Below are positions 27,822 through 41,641 of a stretch of 64,000 nucleotides of DNA, piece by piece. Both the position numbers and the translations under genes were made by a program. Positions within the stretch are counted from its first letter, which is position 1; each line of letters opens with the position of its first letter. The stretch is from Hemiscyllium ocellatum (Eukaryota). The stretch covers positions 1,581,438-1,645,437 of the forward strand of contig NC_083427.1 of NCBI RefSeq assembly GCF_020745735.1, given 5' to 3'. A model generated the notes under the pieces. That model did not search any database and was not told the origin of the DNA. It saw nothing but the letters and a program-made list of their open reading frames with translations.

Positions 27822-28560
27822 GTCTCAAAGAGTGATGAGGAACCGAGGGATCTTGGAGTTCATACCCACGGCTTTCCAAAAGTAGAGTCCCAGGTAGGCA
27901 GGGCAGGGAAGAAGGATTTTGGCATACTCGCCTTCACCAGTCAGGGCATTGATAATAGAATTTGGGACGTTTTGTTGCGGTTTTACAGGACGTCGATGAG
28001 ACAGCACTTGGAGTATTCTGTTCAGTTTTGGTCACCTGGATCTCGGAAGGATGTTATTAAATTGGAAATAGTGGAAAAGAATTTTAAAAGATTGCTGCCA
28101 GGACTCAAAGGTCTGTTTCATTTGGGAGAGCTTGGACAATGTAGGTGTTTTTTTTTATTTCGTAGCGGAGTAGACTGAGGCAGGGAAATTATAGAAGGGT
28201 GTCAGATCATGTGAGGCATGTTAGAAAGTAAATGCATGCAGTCTTTTTACCAGGGTTGTGGGATCAAGAACTAGAGTGTATCAGTTTAAGGTTAGAGTGG
28301 AAAGAATGAAAGGGAAACTGAGAGTGAACTTTTTTTACACGGATGGTGTTACTGAAATGGATGAGCTGCCATCAGAAGTATTTGAGGCATGAACATTAAC
28401 AATTTTTCAAAGGACTTTTGACAAGCACATGGATAGGACACTTCTTAAGAGATAAAGTCCAAGTGCAGAAAATGGGATTAACATGGGCGGACATTTTGGT
28501 CATGTGGACGAGTTTGGGCCAAAGAAGGTATCTTCGTCTGTAGGACTCTATGACTCTACT
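27480..28560 (+). mobile_element. CR1-type LINE 3' fragment (interrupted at ~27670-27815)
   Basis: The C-terminal part of ORF 27669-28178 reads MRQHLEYSVQFWSPGSRKDVIKLE; tail ends taggactctatgactct. Confidence 0.85.
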
Positions 28561-29744
28561 GGAAAGCAGAAAGAGAGATAAAAAAAAGAGAGAATAGAGG
28601 AACGTGTGGACCGTGGAATAAAAGTGTTCATCAGTTAATTGTAGATTTTAAGTATTCATAGCTGAAAGGATGGTTGCCAGATCTATATTTATTTGCAATT
28701 CATGTTCTCAATACGAAAAGGCTTCTGTGTCACCATAAAGGTCTGGACTACATATCGTTTGTTCACATCTGATCTAATACATGTTAAGTCTGTAAACATG
28801 ATTTCGAAATGATATAATGGAAGACAGCAAACAGGAATGGCGATCTCAGTCTGTATAGTCCACTGGTCTATAACTTTACTGGGCAGGTCCTCAGAATCTG
28901 AGATAATACAATGAAAGAGGAAAAACAGAAATGCAAAGCTCAATGTGCAATGAGGTCTCGTCACCAAAGAGGGAGTCAGGACCTTCAATAACGTAAGTGA
29001 TGATGCAGTTAAAGCCACTTTGATACCATAGTCACTGTACTGCATCATTATCGATGACAACCTGCAAATATAATATTCCAGAAATATTCATGTGACATGT
29101 GATATACCGAAGTATGGGCCTTTTGGCATACACGGAGCTAACTATAGGAGAAAGAGTGGAAATTGTTTCTTTAATTTTAAAAATAAGTCACATAAAATGC
29201 TTCCCTTAAAATGTTTGACTTTTGGAGCGTCAAAGGCTACATTGCTGCTGATCATAATACTGAAACACTGGAATCGCGAGGAGACCAGATCAGTTAACGG
29301 AAGCAGACTTGCTTCCCTAAACAACAGTACTGAACCAGATTTCGAGGATATGGTCACTTTGTATAAAATATTTATTCCAGGATTAATAGTTGTTTTCAGC
29401 ATTTACTAGTTCCTCTGACACCTGGTCTACTGCAGTATGATGAAGAGTTTAAGATTCTCCAATTACTTAGCAAAGAAACTAGTGACCAGATCAACTGCAC
29501 TTCAGCTTTTTGGAAACTTATGCACTTAGGAAAACATTTATAACTCATGTCCTGAAATTAGCGAGTTTGGAACTATTCCCTCAGACAAAACTCGGATTTC
29601 CCATTAGCTTGCAGTTGTGTCGGTGCCAAGGTGCTTTCTAATGGGAGGCTTTGGGGTATGTTCAGGCAACAAATGCAGTTTGGAAAATGTAAAGATTCGC
29701 TTATCGTAAAAGGTCAATGGCGATCCGGTGTGCAGTAACTTCCT

Positions 29745-30090
29745 GAAGAAGACAGCTGACTGTGTGTCTCGATATTTCATTGGGAGCAAGGGATTGGTTA
29801 ATGTTCGTGGTTGTGGAAACAAGGATTAGAGGTGATTACTTTAAATTAGAATAAAAGAGAACTCGAGAGGCAACATATTTGCACAGAGCGTGGTGTGCAT
29901 GTGAAATGAGCTTGAGAGTGGAAGTGTTTGAGGCAGTTTCATTAAAAACATTTAAAAGGCACTTGGACAAATAGACAGCGAGGAAAGGTATCGGAGGACA
30001 TCTGCCAAATACAGGGAAATGGAGTTAGCATGGATGGAACCTTTGGTTGGCAACAGCCAGTTTGGGCCAAAAGGCCTGTATCCACGCTCA
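29745..30090 (+). mobile_element. CR1-type LINE tail
   Basis: actcgagaggcaacatatttgcacagagcgtggtg...ttgggccaaaaggcctgt. Confidence 0.75.
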
Positions 30091-30849
30091 AGTTGAATAT
30101 GCAAGTTTTGTATTCATTCCCAAGTTTAAGGTGTTCATGTAGGCTTTTGCTGTTTTGTTTTACTGCTGTTGGTAACGCCTCAGCGTGAGAGTCGACGAGA
30201 TAGAATGCTGGGATATGACCACTGTTGGAGTGCAGGGAGTATTGAAGTTTTCTATCCTATCCTGATTTAACATTGGGGAATGGATACCACATCGGCTGTA
30301 CAGCACAGTCTGAAAAATCAATTAGATTGAATCTTGCTAAGACAGATAAATGATAATGGCAGGCGGAACTACTGAGTGGGAAGCAATGAATCACAGTATC
30401 ACAGAAATATTACAGTGCAGAAAGAGGCCATTAGGACCAAAGAATCAATTAACCAGTGCGAATTTCATACGTTTTTAAACAAAACTGCACACCATTACCA
30501 CCCAATAAAAAAGTGTATCCAACGCCCCCTTGAATGCTTCAGTTGTACTTGTTTCTCCCACGTTGCCAGCAAATGCATTCAAGTCGCTATTACCTCGCGA
30601 TTTGGATGATGCTTTTCTTTCTCAGTGCAGACCACTGAGTCACCATAGGACCAGATAAGAGCTGATAAGGATCTGATTGCTTCATGGTGAAGAACTTATG
30701 GTCGGAACGTCGACTCTCCTGCTCCTCGAATGCTACATTACCAGCTGTGATTTTTCAGGAACACATTTTTTTTACTCGGATCTCCAACATTTGCAGTCCT
30801 CACTTTCTCCGACCCAATAACATGCCTTCTTCAGATTTAAAACACCTGC

Positions 30850-32060
30850 GTGAAGAGAACTGAGAGAACGACTTCATGGTGCTGTAGTCCTGCTAGTTCT
30901 TTTCCTTGTTTCGTAAAAGTTTCTCTCTGTTTTATGAACAGCTCAAGCAATTTAACTTCCCGAAGACAATTACACATTTTTTTTGTCGGGCAGATGGCCT
31001 TTGTATTAATAATTTATCACAGGTCCACAAAGCAGTCAGCTTCATATGCAAACAACTACTGGGATGCTGTTCGTTTGCAGTTTCTGTTTGGGAGCCACAG
31101 CCATATAAGCAGTGTTCACAGTGAACGTCACTTGTTTTCAAAACATGAAGCCGTTCTTCAAAAACCCTGAGTTTCAGGCTGTTCTCTCTTATTCTAGTCC
31201 TCACTTTAAACATCTCAATCAAATGATAAGGCGTCGTCTTTGTGTGGAAATAAAATTGTGGTGGACCAATTGCTTCCCTTATCCTTACCATTCAAGGAAA
31301 AAGAAACATAAAGAATTATGACAAAATGGCTTTACCCCTCTGTTGAAAAAGTGCTCATTAGCTTGAATCGTTCATTTGACGTCTGTCGGGACGGATGGAC
31401 AACCTGACTCATGACTTTCTTCCTCACAGAGATATCCGCACTCTGATTTCTGTATTATTACCAAGATACCCTTTGGAGCTATTACTACACTAAGGAGACT
31501 CTCGGATCGTATCCATGAGCAGGAAGTCCGGAATTGTGTGGCACTGTCGGAACTTAAACTGGACATCAATGAGCAGCTTAGCTGTGAGTGTGATGCTGCG
31601 TTTCAGCGATGCTCATGACGCTTTCTTACAATGTACCGATGCTCTATGTAGATTGGTGCAGTGGTAACTGGTCGAGGTCTGCTTTGTATGTGCATGTGAT
31701 TTTCCAAATTGTCAGATAATTGTCAGAGTTGTGGCTGCACTGAAACTGTTGAGTTCGTGGTGTGGAAAATTCTGGAGAAGAAGTCTTCACTACTAATGTT
31801 GGAGCTTTTTTAGGAGCCACAGCCTTTGATGCATGCAGTGACCAGCAGATGTTCTTGTTAAGACACGGAGTGAACAGCTCTGATTGAAGCCTGGCATCTG
31901 TGTTGTTGGGCTCTGGAACAGCTGAATACGATTACCTTTTCGATTTCCCTATAAGCCATGGCGACAGCTTTCTGCTCCTCCATTCTGTTAGTCCTGTGGA
32001 ATTTCCCAAAGACCATGGGATGTAGTATCCTTTGTGCATTCAAAAATACTTCCTTTTACT
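30850..32060 (-). mobile_element. Probable L1/Tx1-clade ORF2 C-terminal remnant
   Basis: ORF 30932-31291 contains HCEHCLYGCGSQTETANEQH, resembling the C-terminal zinc-knuckle (CxxGCGxxET) of Tx1 elements; very degenerate. Confidence 0.4.
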
Positions 32061-33260
32061 ACTTTGTGGCTTACTCTAACCTATGACCAGTGCTGAATTC
32101 GATTCTTACCAATGGCGTTAATATTGGAAAGTAGATTGGATTTATTCATTGATTATGTGGGAACAAGGCTCGAATATAGAATCAAAGAGTCATACAGCAC
32201 GGAAACAGGCACTTCGGTCCAATTCACACATGCCAAAGACATGCTTACCCAATTGTCTTTGAAACGCGATAACTGTGTTTTCACATATGCATTGTCATAG
32301 GAAATGAAGTTCTCTTCTCTCTGCTGAAGGACTGTGGAGAACATGAGGAATGCAGATGCTGAAGATCAGAGTCAAAAGTGTGGTGCTGAAAAAACAGAGC
32401 TGCTCAGGTAGCATTCGAGGAATAGAAAAGTCGAGGCTTCCACCATTAGCTCTTCAACAGGAACAATTTTGGGTTGTACTGCATAACACGTGAACGCCTA
32501 TCCTTGGTTAAAAGGGCACGTGCCAGCCAAAAACCAACCCTGACATGACGTACTTGAATGCACTTGTCACTATTTAGTGGAAGATACCTCAATAGTCTGG
32601 AAATATATTCATATAAACTCTGACCCTCGTGTCTGTCGAGCACGCCTCAGCACAATTCCGGAGTTTAACCTGTCTAAATATTCGGACAGAAACATTTAGT
32701 AACGGACTCTCGTCTTTATTCTCGCAATGCAGCAGATCAGGTATCATGGCACATGGAAATGTTCACCCGTGTCTCAAACTCCAGCTCTTTATTTCATGAT
32801 CTCAAGCACAGACTCATCACGAAATTGCTGCCAGTACACAGTTAGATTTCCATAAACCCCTGTTCACATTCAATATTTACCATGCTGTCAGCTTGAAAGG
32901 CAAACACACATTAATCGATTGTTTCACACTATCCTTCATCATTTCAATTACTGTTCAATTTTCTTCATACCAGTTTCTATTTCAAAGCAACATAAACCTC
33001 CCTCTGCGTCCTGATTTCTGTCGTTATTTTTTGTGCAGACCCCTTAAATCTTGACATCAATTTATACAATGCTGTGATATCGCTTTAAGCTATCTATACG
33101 GATTGCCCTTTCATTATCTGTGCTGTTATGCCTCCCTCCAGTCTTATGTCTTTTGTCGTGAGAAGTGTTGATTTTCTGTCTTAAATGTAGGAACTTTGTT
33201 TCACACAACAAAGATAGAATTCTCTTCATTCAGGAGTTTCGATGAATTGATCTGTGGGAA

Positions 33261-33409
33261 NNNNNNNNNNNNNNNNNNNNNNNNNNNNNNNNNNNNNNNN
33301 NNNNNNNNNNNNNNNNNNNNNNNNNNNNNNNNNNNNNNNNNNNNNNNNNNNNNNNNNNNNNNNNNNNNNNNNNNNNNNNNNNNNNNNNNNNNNNNNNNNN
33401 NNNNNNNNN
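33261..33409. other. Assembly gap (149 N)
   Basis: Run of N. Confidence 1.
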
Positions 33410-34477
33410 CATGGATTGTCTCTGAATGATGCTTCTGATGTCTCTTCCTAGAAATGGTCATAGTCTGACAAGTGGCAAGAATCTAGCTTACTGCTTGTCT
33501 CCCCAAGCCTGGATTCTGTACAGTTTTTTGTGAGGAATAGAGACGCTGAAGAGTCAGATCGATACGTGTGCCGCTGGTAAAGCACAGCAGGTCAGGCAGC
33601 ATACAAAGAGCAGGAGATTTGAAATTTTGGGCATATCCCTTCATTAGGAATGTCAAGATCACACCCTTAGAATTAAAAGCTTTCACTGCATTATTTGTTC
33701 AAATACAAACTACCACTTTACGTTGCATGGATAGTGCCTATTTATTAAACTATTTTCCCTTGAAACTAACAATGTTGGGAATGCTTGGCAGCTTCTGTTG
33801 CGAGTAAATGAGCTCAGGTTTAAAGCTTTCATGGGTTGTTATAGTTAACATGATACAAAACGGCAGTAGGGGTCTTTCACACAATCATATTCAATTATTT
33901 TCAAATGTTATTTATTAATATTAACTCAAAAGTTTGACACCACTGCCAGTTCGTGCAGAATCCGAAACCCTGAAACTTCACTTTCAGTTAGGAACAGATC
34001 ACAGTTTTATACGAATCTCGGATTGGAAACCCAATTCCAGAATTTCCCATTGTCCAGTTGTGAAGGAACAAACACTGAAAAAAATGCAGGAACTCATCAG
34101 GCCTGACACATCCCAGAGTTCTGCAGAAAGGTCATATTGGATTTGAAATGTTATCCCTGCTTCTGTCTCCTCAGATGCTGTCAGTTAACATTTCCAGTCT
34201 GGTAATCTTTTATTAAAGATAAACTTGACCGTTTTAATCCTGCGAGCTGACACGGCATGAACGTGACTGCAACTGACTGTCTGCAACTGGGAACATTACC
34301 AGTTGGAAATTCTAATTCAAACCACTCACCATTCCGACTTGGAAATGTGTTGCAATTTCTTCAATATTGCACAGTCCATATCCTGGGGTTGTCTCGCTAA
34401 TGGCATTATATATCTACCGTCAACACATTGACTGCATGATTCAGGATGGTCGTTCATCACCCCCCCCCCCCCCCCCG

Positions 34478-35060
34478 TCTCCGTTATGGACTGGAAATGA
34501 CCCCCTCAAAAGAGTTCAAGAAGGTAACCTGGACCTTAGCATTTTAAGTTAAAGACAGATGTGAAGTGACTATCCCAGCTGTGATTCAGCTGGTCATACA
34601 ACTTCGCTTTAAGTAAATCAATATTTTAGTTAAAACTAGAGTTGAAACACAAACAAAAGAAAACAGAATTTAGAATAGCTTGTTGGAAAACAGAACCAAT
34701 CCAACACAGCAACTTAAGTAAGAAACTTCTCCCATCAAGCAACACCCCATAAACACATCCGTTGGCAAAAGGGAAATTTAAACACAGATTCTTATCAGTT
34801 AGAGGGAACAACCTCCAGAGATTTCCGAGAGGTACATCAACTTGAAATCATCTTCTGAAGGTTGGAACCCTGTTACACTCCAACTGCTTCTATCTGTTAC
34901 TGTGAAACCGAAGTTCAAGAAGCTTGAACGTGGAGAAGTGTTAACTCCCCTGCCATTGTTAAACTAAGCTTTTCCGAAACATTTGGTCCATCTGTCTTTA
35001 CAAAAGCTTTCAAAAGAAAACAAGGAGAAAATCATCTTTTCAAAGAGATCTCATTGTCAC
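34478..35060. mobile_element. Possible solo LTR
   Basis: Starts (c)gttatggac and ends gtcaca after a poly-C tract; no ORF. Recognition is from recalled shark repeat sequence only. Confidence 0.25.
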
Positions 35061-36109
35061 ACCTCCACCTTCTCAAGGACCAACGAGGATGGGCACTAAG
35101 CACTGGATCCAGATAGCGGTGCCAAATTCCCATGTAGCGAAGTGCTTCCCCCAAGTATTGTAAACACTTGAGCACTGTCAAAATCAGTAATAACATTTGA
35201 GGTAAACACTGAGTACTGCACTCTCCAACTTCTTCTTTTCCCAAAAAAAAAGACTAGTCACTGCAACTACAATTTTGTTTGGAAATTAACGCAGGCCTTT
35301 CTGCCAGTACCCCTATCCTGTGAACGATTGAAAAGAAAAGCCAGGAACCTGCTTCCAGTGAAATCCTACTATGAAGAGAAAAGTTCCATTTTCCATGAAT
35401 GGTGCAACTTGTAGAAAGGTTTTTGAGTGCAAAGAATGAGGAGCAGGCCATAAAGACAATTAATTTTCTCAGTTAAGGTTTGCAAACTGATGCTCAACCA
35501 CTGAATGTCTTAACTCATTGCCTTCCCCAGTGTGCAGTGAAGGCTGGCCCATTGCATATTTTTTGCAATAAAAAGGAAATCATGATTTGGGAGAGCAGTC
35601 TGCAATTGGAGTTAGGCTGGATTCCAATGAGCCGTCGTCTTATCACATGGCAGGACAGGTTCAAAGGAGCAAATAGCCTACTGCTGCTTCTATTTCTTAA
35701 TGCCTTACTTAGGATTACACAAATCCAGTCAGTTTTATAGTAAGGTTACAGGCATGGCTGGTGAAGGTATTACGTGTACCTTCATTATGTGTACAAGGCA
35801 AAACAGGAAGAATCACTGCCTCGGCGTCTACACATAATTGAAGATCATAAAATTAAATATGCAGCTCGAAATGGTTAAAAAAATCCCTTAGAACATACAA
35901 AGGAGAAGGTTTCGCTGATTAATTGGTTCAGTGTAAAGAGATGGTGGGAAAATATTCTTTTTCACTCAGTTTCCAGGATTCTTGCTCGATTTGATATAAA
36001 TGTGCTGATTTGGCTGTATCAGTAGAGGGCGCAGTTTATAGACAGGCCCAACTCTCGTCTCATTTTCTGCTGTCAGCTGGATGGAATAAAACGAGCAAGT
36101 ATTATTTTC

Positions 36110-36420
36110 ATTCATTCAAGAGACAGTGAGAGTCAGTAAGTATGCAAGCATGTTATTGCCCATCCGGAGCTGACATGGTGTCAATGATACACAGTAGTCT
36201 CTGGTCTTGCAGAGACACCCACAGTGCTATTGAGAAGGTCGGTCAAAGACTGTACCCTTCAGGAATGAGCAATACTGCTGGAGCTGCGATATAATTCCAA
36301 GTGAAGACGGTGAGGGGCTTGGAAAAACATTGAATTTATGTGTGTTCCCATGCATCTGCTGCCCCATCCTTCTCGATTATAGAGGCCATTTGTAAACCAT
36401 ATATTGTAACATGTCGAAAT
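36110..36420 (-). mobile_element. L2/CR1-like LINE tail remnant
   Basis: Similar to 13800-14060. Confidence 0.55.
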
Positions 36421-37129
36421 GAGAACAAAGGACACAACATATTGCAGTATGGTACAGGGATTGGTTACCTCGGTTGGCTGAGTGTTTAGTTTCTGATAGA
36501 GAGGACAATAGTGTTGGTTGAATTCCCTTGGTAAATTTGCATTTACTGTCAGGGAGGATGCAATCGAGAATCTGGTGGTCTGAATCGAACAAAAAAGAGG
36601 ACTGTTAGGAAAGACATTTGACGTAGAGAACTTATACAACCAAGACAGGATGTATACTATTTGAGAATAAGGGACGTGAGGTGAGGATTATGGAAATTCT
36701 GACAATAATGTTCCAAGTCGAATGCTTTGAAGGACCTGACAGCAGAAATGGAGGATTGTAAATGATAGCCTTTTATTTAGGATTGTGGAGGGGGCGTGCA
36801 GGAAGCGCCCAAATGCCAGTAATATCAATTGGAAGCGTGGTCACAGGCAAAGTAAAGAACACTTTATGGCTAAAAACCAACATTTGTTGTTGTCTTGGTA
36901 CCGACCGGGATGTGAATTTCCAATGACATTTGACATTTTGCGAGTGCTAAAACCTCGCAAAATGGGTTGAAATAGACCATCAGCAGTAAACCGTATTTTT
37001 ACTGGTTTAAAAATACCAGTAAACATACTGAATAAAAATAACTCTAGCCATAACCCTATTGCTTTATTAATACAAGATTTATTTTGTCCTGTTAAAAACA
37101 CGGAGGATACAATCCATTTAGAGGTATGC

Positions 37130-39620
37130 AGTCATAGAGTCATGCAACATGGAAACTGCCCTTTAAGCCCAACTGTTACATTCCATCAAGGGTTCCTAAA
37201 CGGAACTTTCCCAATTTCCAGCGATTTGTCCATATCTCTATAAACCTTTGCAATCTATGTACCCGTCCAAATTCCGTTTACATGTTAGAACTGTACCTGC
37301 ATCTACCACTTGCTCTGGCAGCTCATATGCATCACCCTCTGTGTGGAAAGGTTGCCCCTCAGGTCACTTTTAATTTTTTTTCCTCCCACCCTAAACTTCT
37401 GCCCTCTTGTTTTGGACTGCTGTACAGTGGAGAAAAAAAGACTTAGGTGGTTCACCCTTGAAATGCCACTCATGATTTTATGATATGGAGGTACTGGTGT
37501 TGGACTATGGTGGACATGTTCAGAATTCACAAAACACAAAGTTACAGTTCAACGGGATTATTTAAAATCAAAAGCTTTCAAAGTGCTGCCCTTTCATCAA
37601 TTGAAGTGATGTAGAGGTACTGCTCTGGAAGGTTGTGATGACAAATAGATCTGTTTAACTACATCTGGAAGACATGTGACTTTTGGCTATGACTTTATAA
37701 ACATTTGTAAGTTCACCCTTCAGCCTCGTACGCTCCAGGGAATAACAGTCCGAACTTAGCGAGTGTGTCCTCTTAACTCAAACCCTCCTGCCTTGGGAAC
37801 ATCCTTATAAATCTTCTTTGCCCCCTACCATTTTAATGACATCTTTCCTGTAGTCTAACCGGAATTGTACACAGTACTCCAAATGTAGTCTCACCAATTA
37901 TGTTAACATCCATAACATGAAATCCCAAACTCTTGTAATCAATGCTCTGACAGATGAAGGCAAGTGTGTCAAACGGCCTTCTTCACCAACAAGTCTACCT
38001 GTGACACCACTTTCAATGAACTGTGCATCTGCGCCCTGAGGCATGTCAACGTACCTTTGGGTTCTTCCATTAAGTCCTGATCTAGTTGGTCTTAAGAAAA
38101 TGCAACACTTTGCATTTAAGTAATTTAAATTCCATCTGCCATTCTTCGCATCATTGTCCCAGTTCACCTCGTATGGAACCTTCTTGACCTTGTATTTAAT
38201 TTGGAGTTGTTCACACACTCATGAACGATACCTTAGACTTTCTCAACAAAAACATTTACTTAACTGATGAATAACAGTGAAACAAACACCAGTAGTTGAG
38301 CCACACAACTGGTCACAACATCCTGCCTGAACCACAACCTCTATCACTACCCTCTGTCTATGAGCATAAAGCCAAGTTTTCCAATTGACTAGCTCTTCCT
38401 GCATCCCATTTGTTCTCATAGTATTATCCAGTCTGCCATGCGGAACCTTGTTAAAGGCCTTGCCAATGTCCATGTGCACAATGTCTGCCAATCTGTCTGA
38501 ATCTACCGTCTTGGTCACCCCTCCAATGATCTCAGTCAAATTAGTGAGACACGATCTCCCACATGCAAAGTCATGCTGAGTGTCCCTCATTAATCCTTGC
38601 CGTTCCAAACGCTCGTGGATCTTTTGTCTCAGAATCCCGTCTAATAAATTGTCAACCACTGACGTCAGGCTTACTGTTATATAGTTCTCAGGTTTTTCCT
38701 TACTGTCTTTCTTAAATAATGACAAAACATTTGAACCCTTCAGACTTTTAGCAGTTCACCCGTGGTGTCCATGTCACAGATATTTCTGCTACAGGCCGCA
38801 ATTACATTTCTAGAGTCCCACAATATACTAGGATACATCTGAGCATGGCCCAGGGATTCGTCTACTTTTATGCATTTTAAGGCCTTCAGTATCTCCTTGT
38901 CAGTGATGTGGACTCTTCTCAAGTGATGAATATTGATTTCGCTGAGTTGCTCGCTTACCTGTCTTCCTGCATTCTGACACAAAATATTCGTTTTGGGACC
39001 TTGCCCATCTCCTGTCGTTTCACACATATATGTAACCCTTGCTTTCAGGGGCCCTATTCTCTCCCTAGTTACCTTTTCGACCTTAATATACATGTAAAAT
39101 CATTTTGGATTCTCCTTAATCTAAACTGCCAAAACTATCTCCTATCCACTTTATGCTGTACTCGTTTTCCTCTTCAGTATGCCCCTCTACCCCCTTTACA
39201 CTCAAATGATTCACTGATCTCAGATGTTCGTAACTGAACTCTTGCTTTTTCTTGACCCGAGAGTTAACATCTCTCCTGAGTCAACGTTCCCTACTCCTGT
39301 CAGCGGTGCCCTTCACTCTCACAGGAACATGTTGTCTCTGAACTCTTGGTATGTCACTTGTGAACGCTTCCAATTTGCCAGATGTCCTTTTGCTTGCGAA
39401 GAGCCCCACCGAATCAACTGTTGACAGTTTCGATGCTGTAACATCAAAATTGGCCTTAACTTGATTTATAATTAAACTTGTGTATTAGTTGTATCATTTT
39501 CCATTATTATTTTAGGAGAATAGAATTATAGTCACTGGTCCAAAAGCTCTCATCCACTTGCCTGACTTATTCCCAAGAAGTGGTCGACCTTTGCCTCTTC
39601 TCTGTACATTCATCTACATA
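37130..39620 (-). mobile_element. CR1-type LINE ORF2, long degenerate fragment
   Basis: ORF 38243-38725: LFKKDSKEKPENYITVSLTSVVDNLL...QHDFACGRSCLTNL...VHMDIGKAFNKVPHGRL (RT domains 1-3); ORF 38740-39093: KVDESLGHAQMYP. Confidence 0.9.
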
Positions 39621-40457
39621 TTGATTAAGAAAACATTCTACCTTGGAAAGGAAGCGTTGCTGCACCCATATCAGTGACATGAGAGGATGAATAATAATCC
39701 ATACGAATCACTCCATTGACACATTTCTGGTTGAAACAGAATCGTAGAACCATAGAACATATCGATAGTCTAATCTGCCAGTTGTACATGCGTGCTGGCT
39801 ACCTTGAAAGAGACATCGAATTTGTAGCACTTTAAATCACTTTCACACTGATTATTTTATTTGCAAACTACCCATTCTCTTGCTTTTTCAAGGTCAATGT
39901 GTTTTCTGTTGTCCCTTGTTTTACAGCAAGTTTTTTACATTCATGCTCAGCTATTGACAGCACTGACAGAGAAAATGCTTTATTCCCACAACAAACCTAT
40001 AATCATGAATCCATCAATTAAATAGTCTCTGCAACTACAGAAATACGGCAACAGAAAGTGGAGTTGCAGGTCGATAGGATAGTGAAGAAGGTGTTTGATA
40101 TGCTTGTCTTTATTGGTCACTCCATTGAGTATTGAGTTGAGAGATCATGTTACGGCTGTACAGAACATTGGCTAATCTAGTTCTGGAGGACTATCCACAA
40201 TTCTGGTCTCCCTGCTGACGGAAGGATGTCGTCAACCCTGAAAGTTTTCACCAAAGATAAACAAGGATTTTGCCATAAGTGGAGGGTTTGAGCTATCGGG
40301 AGAGTCTGAATAAACTGGTGCTATTTTCCTTGGTTCATTGGAAACTGAGGGCTGAACTTTTAGAGGTTTATAAAATCATGAGGGGCATGGACAATGTTAA
40401 CACTCAAGGTATTTCCCTGAGTTAGAGGAGTCCAAAAACGGAGGGCATATTTTTAAG

Positions 40458-41641
40458 TAAGAGGATTATGACTCCCTCAGCTTCCTGGACTACACCTCCT
40501 CCCAACCTGCCCCCTGCGAAAACTCCATCCCATATTCCCAATTCCTTCGTCTCCGCCGCATCTGCTCCCAGGAGGACCAGTTCCAACACCGCACAGCCCA
40601 GATGGCCTCCTTCTTCAAGTACCGCAGATTCCCCCCAGACGTGATCGACGATGCCCTCCACCGCATCTCCTCCACTTTCCGCTCCTCCGCCCTTGAGCCC
40701 CGCTCCTCCAACCGCCACCAAGACAGTACCCCACTGGTTCTCACCTACCACCCCACCAACCTCCGCATACAACGTATCATCCGCCGTCATTTCCGCCACC
40801 TCCAAACGGACCCCACCACCAAGGATATATTTCCCTCCCCTCCCCTATCAGCGTTCCGCAAGGACCACTCCCTTCGTGACTCCCTCGTCAGATCCACACC
40901 CCCCACCAACCCAACCTCAACCCCCAGCACCTTCCCCTGCAACCGCGGAAATGTAAAACTTGCGCCCACACCTCCACACGCACTTCCCTCCAAGGCCCCA
41001 AGGGATCCTTCCATATCCGCCACAAGTTCACCTGTACCTCCACACACATCATCTATTGCATCCGCTGCACCCGATGTGGCCTCCTCTATATTGGGGAGAC
41101 AGGCCGCTTACTTGCGGAATGCTTCAGAGAACACCTCTGGGCCGCTCGGACCAACCAACCCAACCAACCCGTGGCTCAACACTTTAACTCTCCCTCCCAC
41201 TCCACCGAGGACATGCAGGTCCTTGGACTCCTCCACCGGCAGAACATAACAACACGACGGCTGGAGGAGGAGCGCCTCATCTTCCACCTGGGAACCCTCC
41301 AACCACAAGGTATGAATTCAGATTTCTCCAGTTTCCTCATTTCCCATCCCCCCACCTTGTCTCAGTCGGTTCCCTCAACTCAGCACCGCCCTCCTAACCT
41401 GCAATCTCCTTACTGACCTCTCCGCCCCCACCCCACTCCGGCCTATCACCCTCACCTTGACCTCCTTCCACCTATCCCACCTCCATCGCCCCTCCCCCAA
41501 TTCCCTCCTCCCTACCTTTTATCTTAGCCTGCTTGGCTACTTTCTCTCATTCCTGATGTAGGGCTTATGCTCGAAACGTCGAATTCCCTATTCCTGAGAA
41601 GATGCCTAACCTGCTGTGCTTTAACCAGCAACACATTTTCA
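40458..41641 (+). mobile_element. Young 5'-truncated Penelope-like retroelement (RT C-terminus + GIY-YIG endonuclease)
   Basis: ORF 40602 (MASFFKYRRFPPDV...TPLVLTYHPTN...). After one frameshift near 40948 it reads LQGPKGSFHIRHKFTCTSTHIIYCIRCTRCGLLYIGETGR...LIFHLGTLQPQGMN. Flanked by a 14-nt direct repeat GGCATATTTTTAAG. Confidence 0.93.
41549..41584 (+). ncRNA. Hammerhead-like motif in PLE tail
   Basis: attc-CTGATGT-agggc ttat gctc-GAAAC-GTC-gaat. Stem I is attc/gaat; core A9 is mutated to U. Confidence 0.55.

Noticed and set aside
29340-29510. EPDFEDMVTLYKIFIPGLIVVFSIY as an Ig TM exon, and FKILQ...INCTS resembling FKIFQ...LNCTS at 62430-62490
   Set aside because: Lacks the conserved Ig TM (CART) residues and tail. 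The resemblance to the duplicated core does not extend and is not collinear, so I treat it as chance.
40422-41308. Multiple overlapping Pro-rich or Gly-rich ORFs
   Set aside because: Alternative frames and antisense of the C-rich Penelope ORF.
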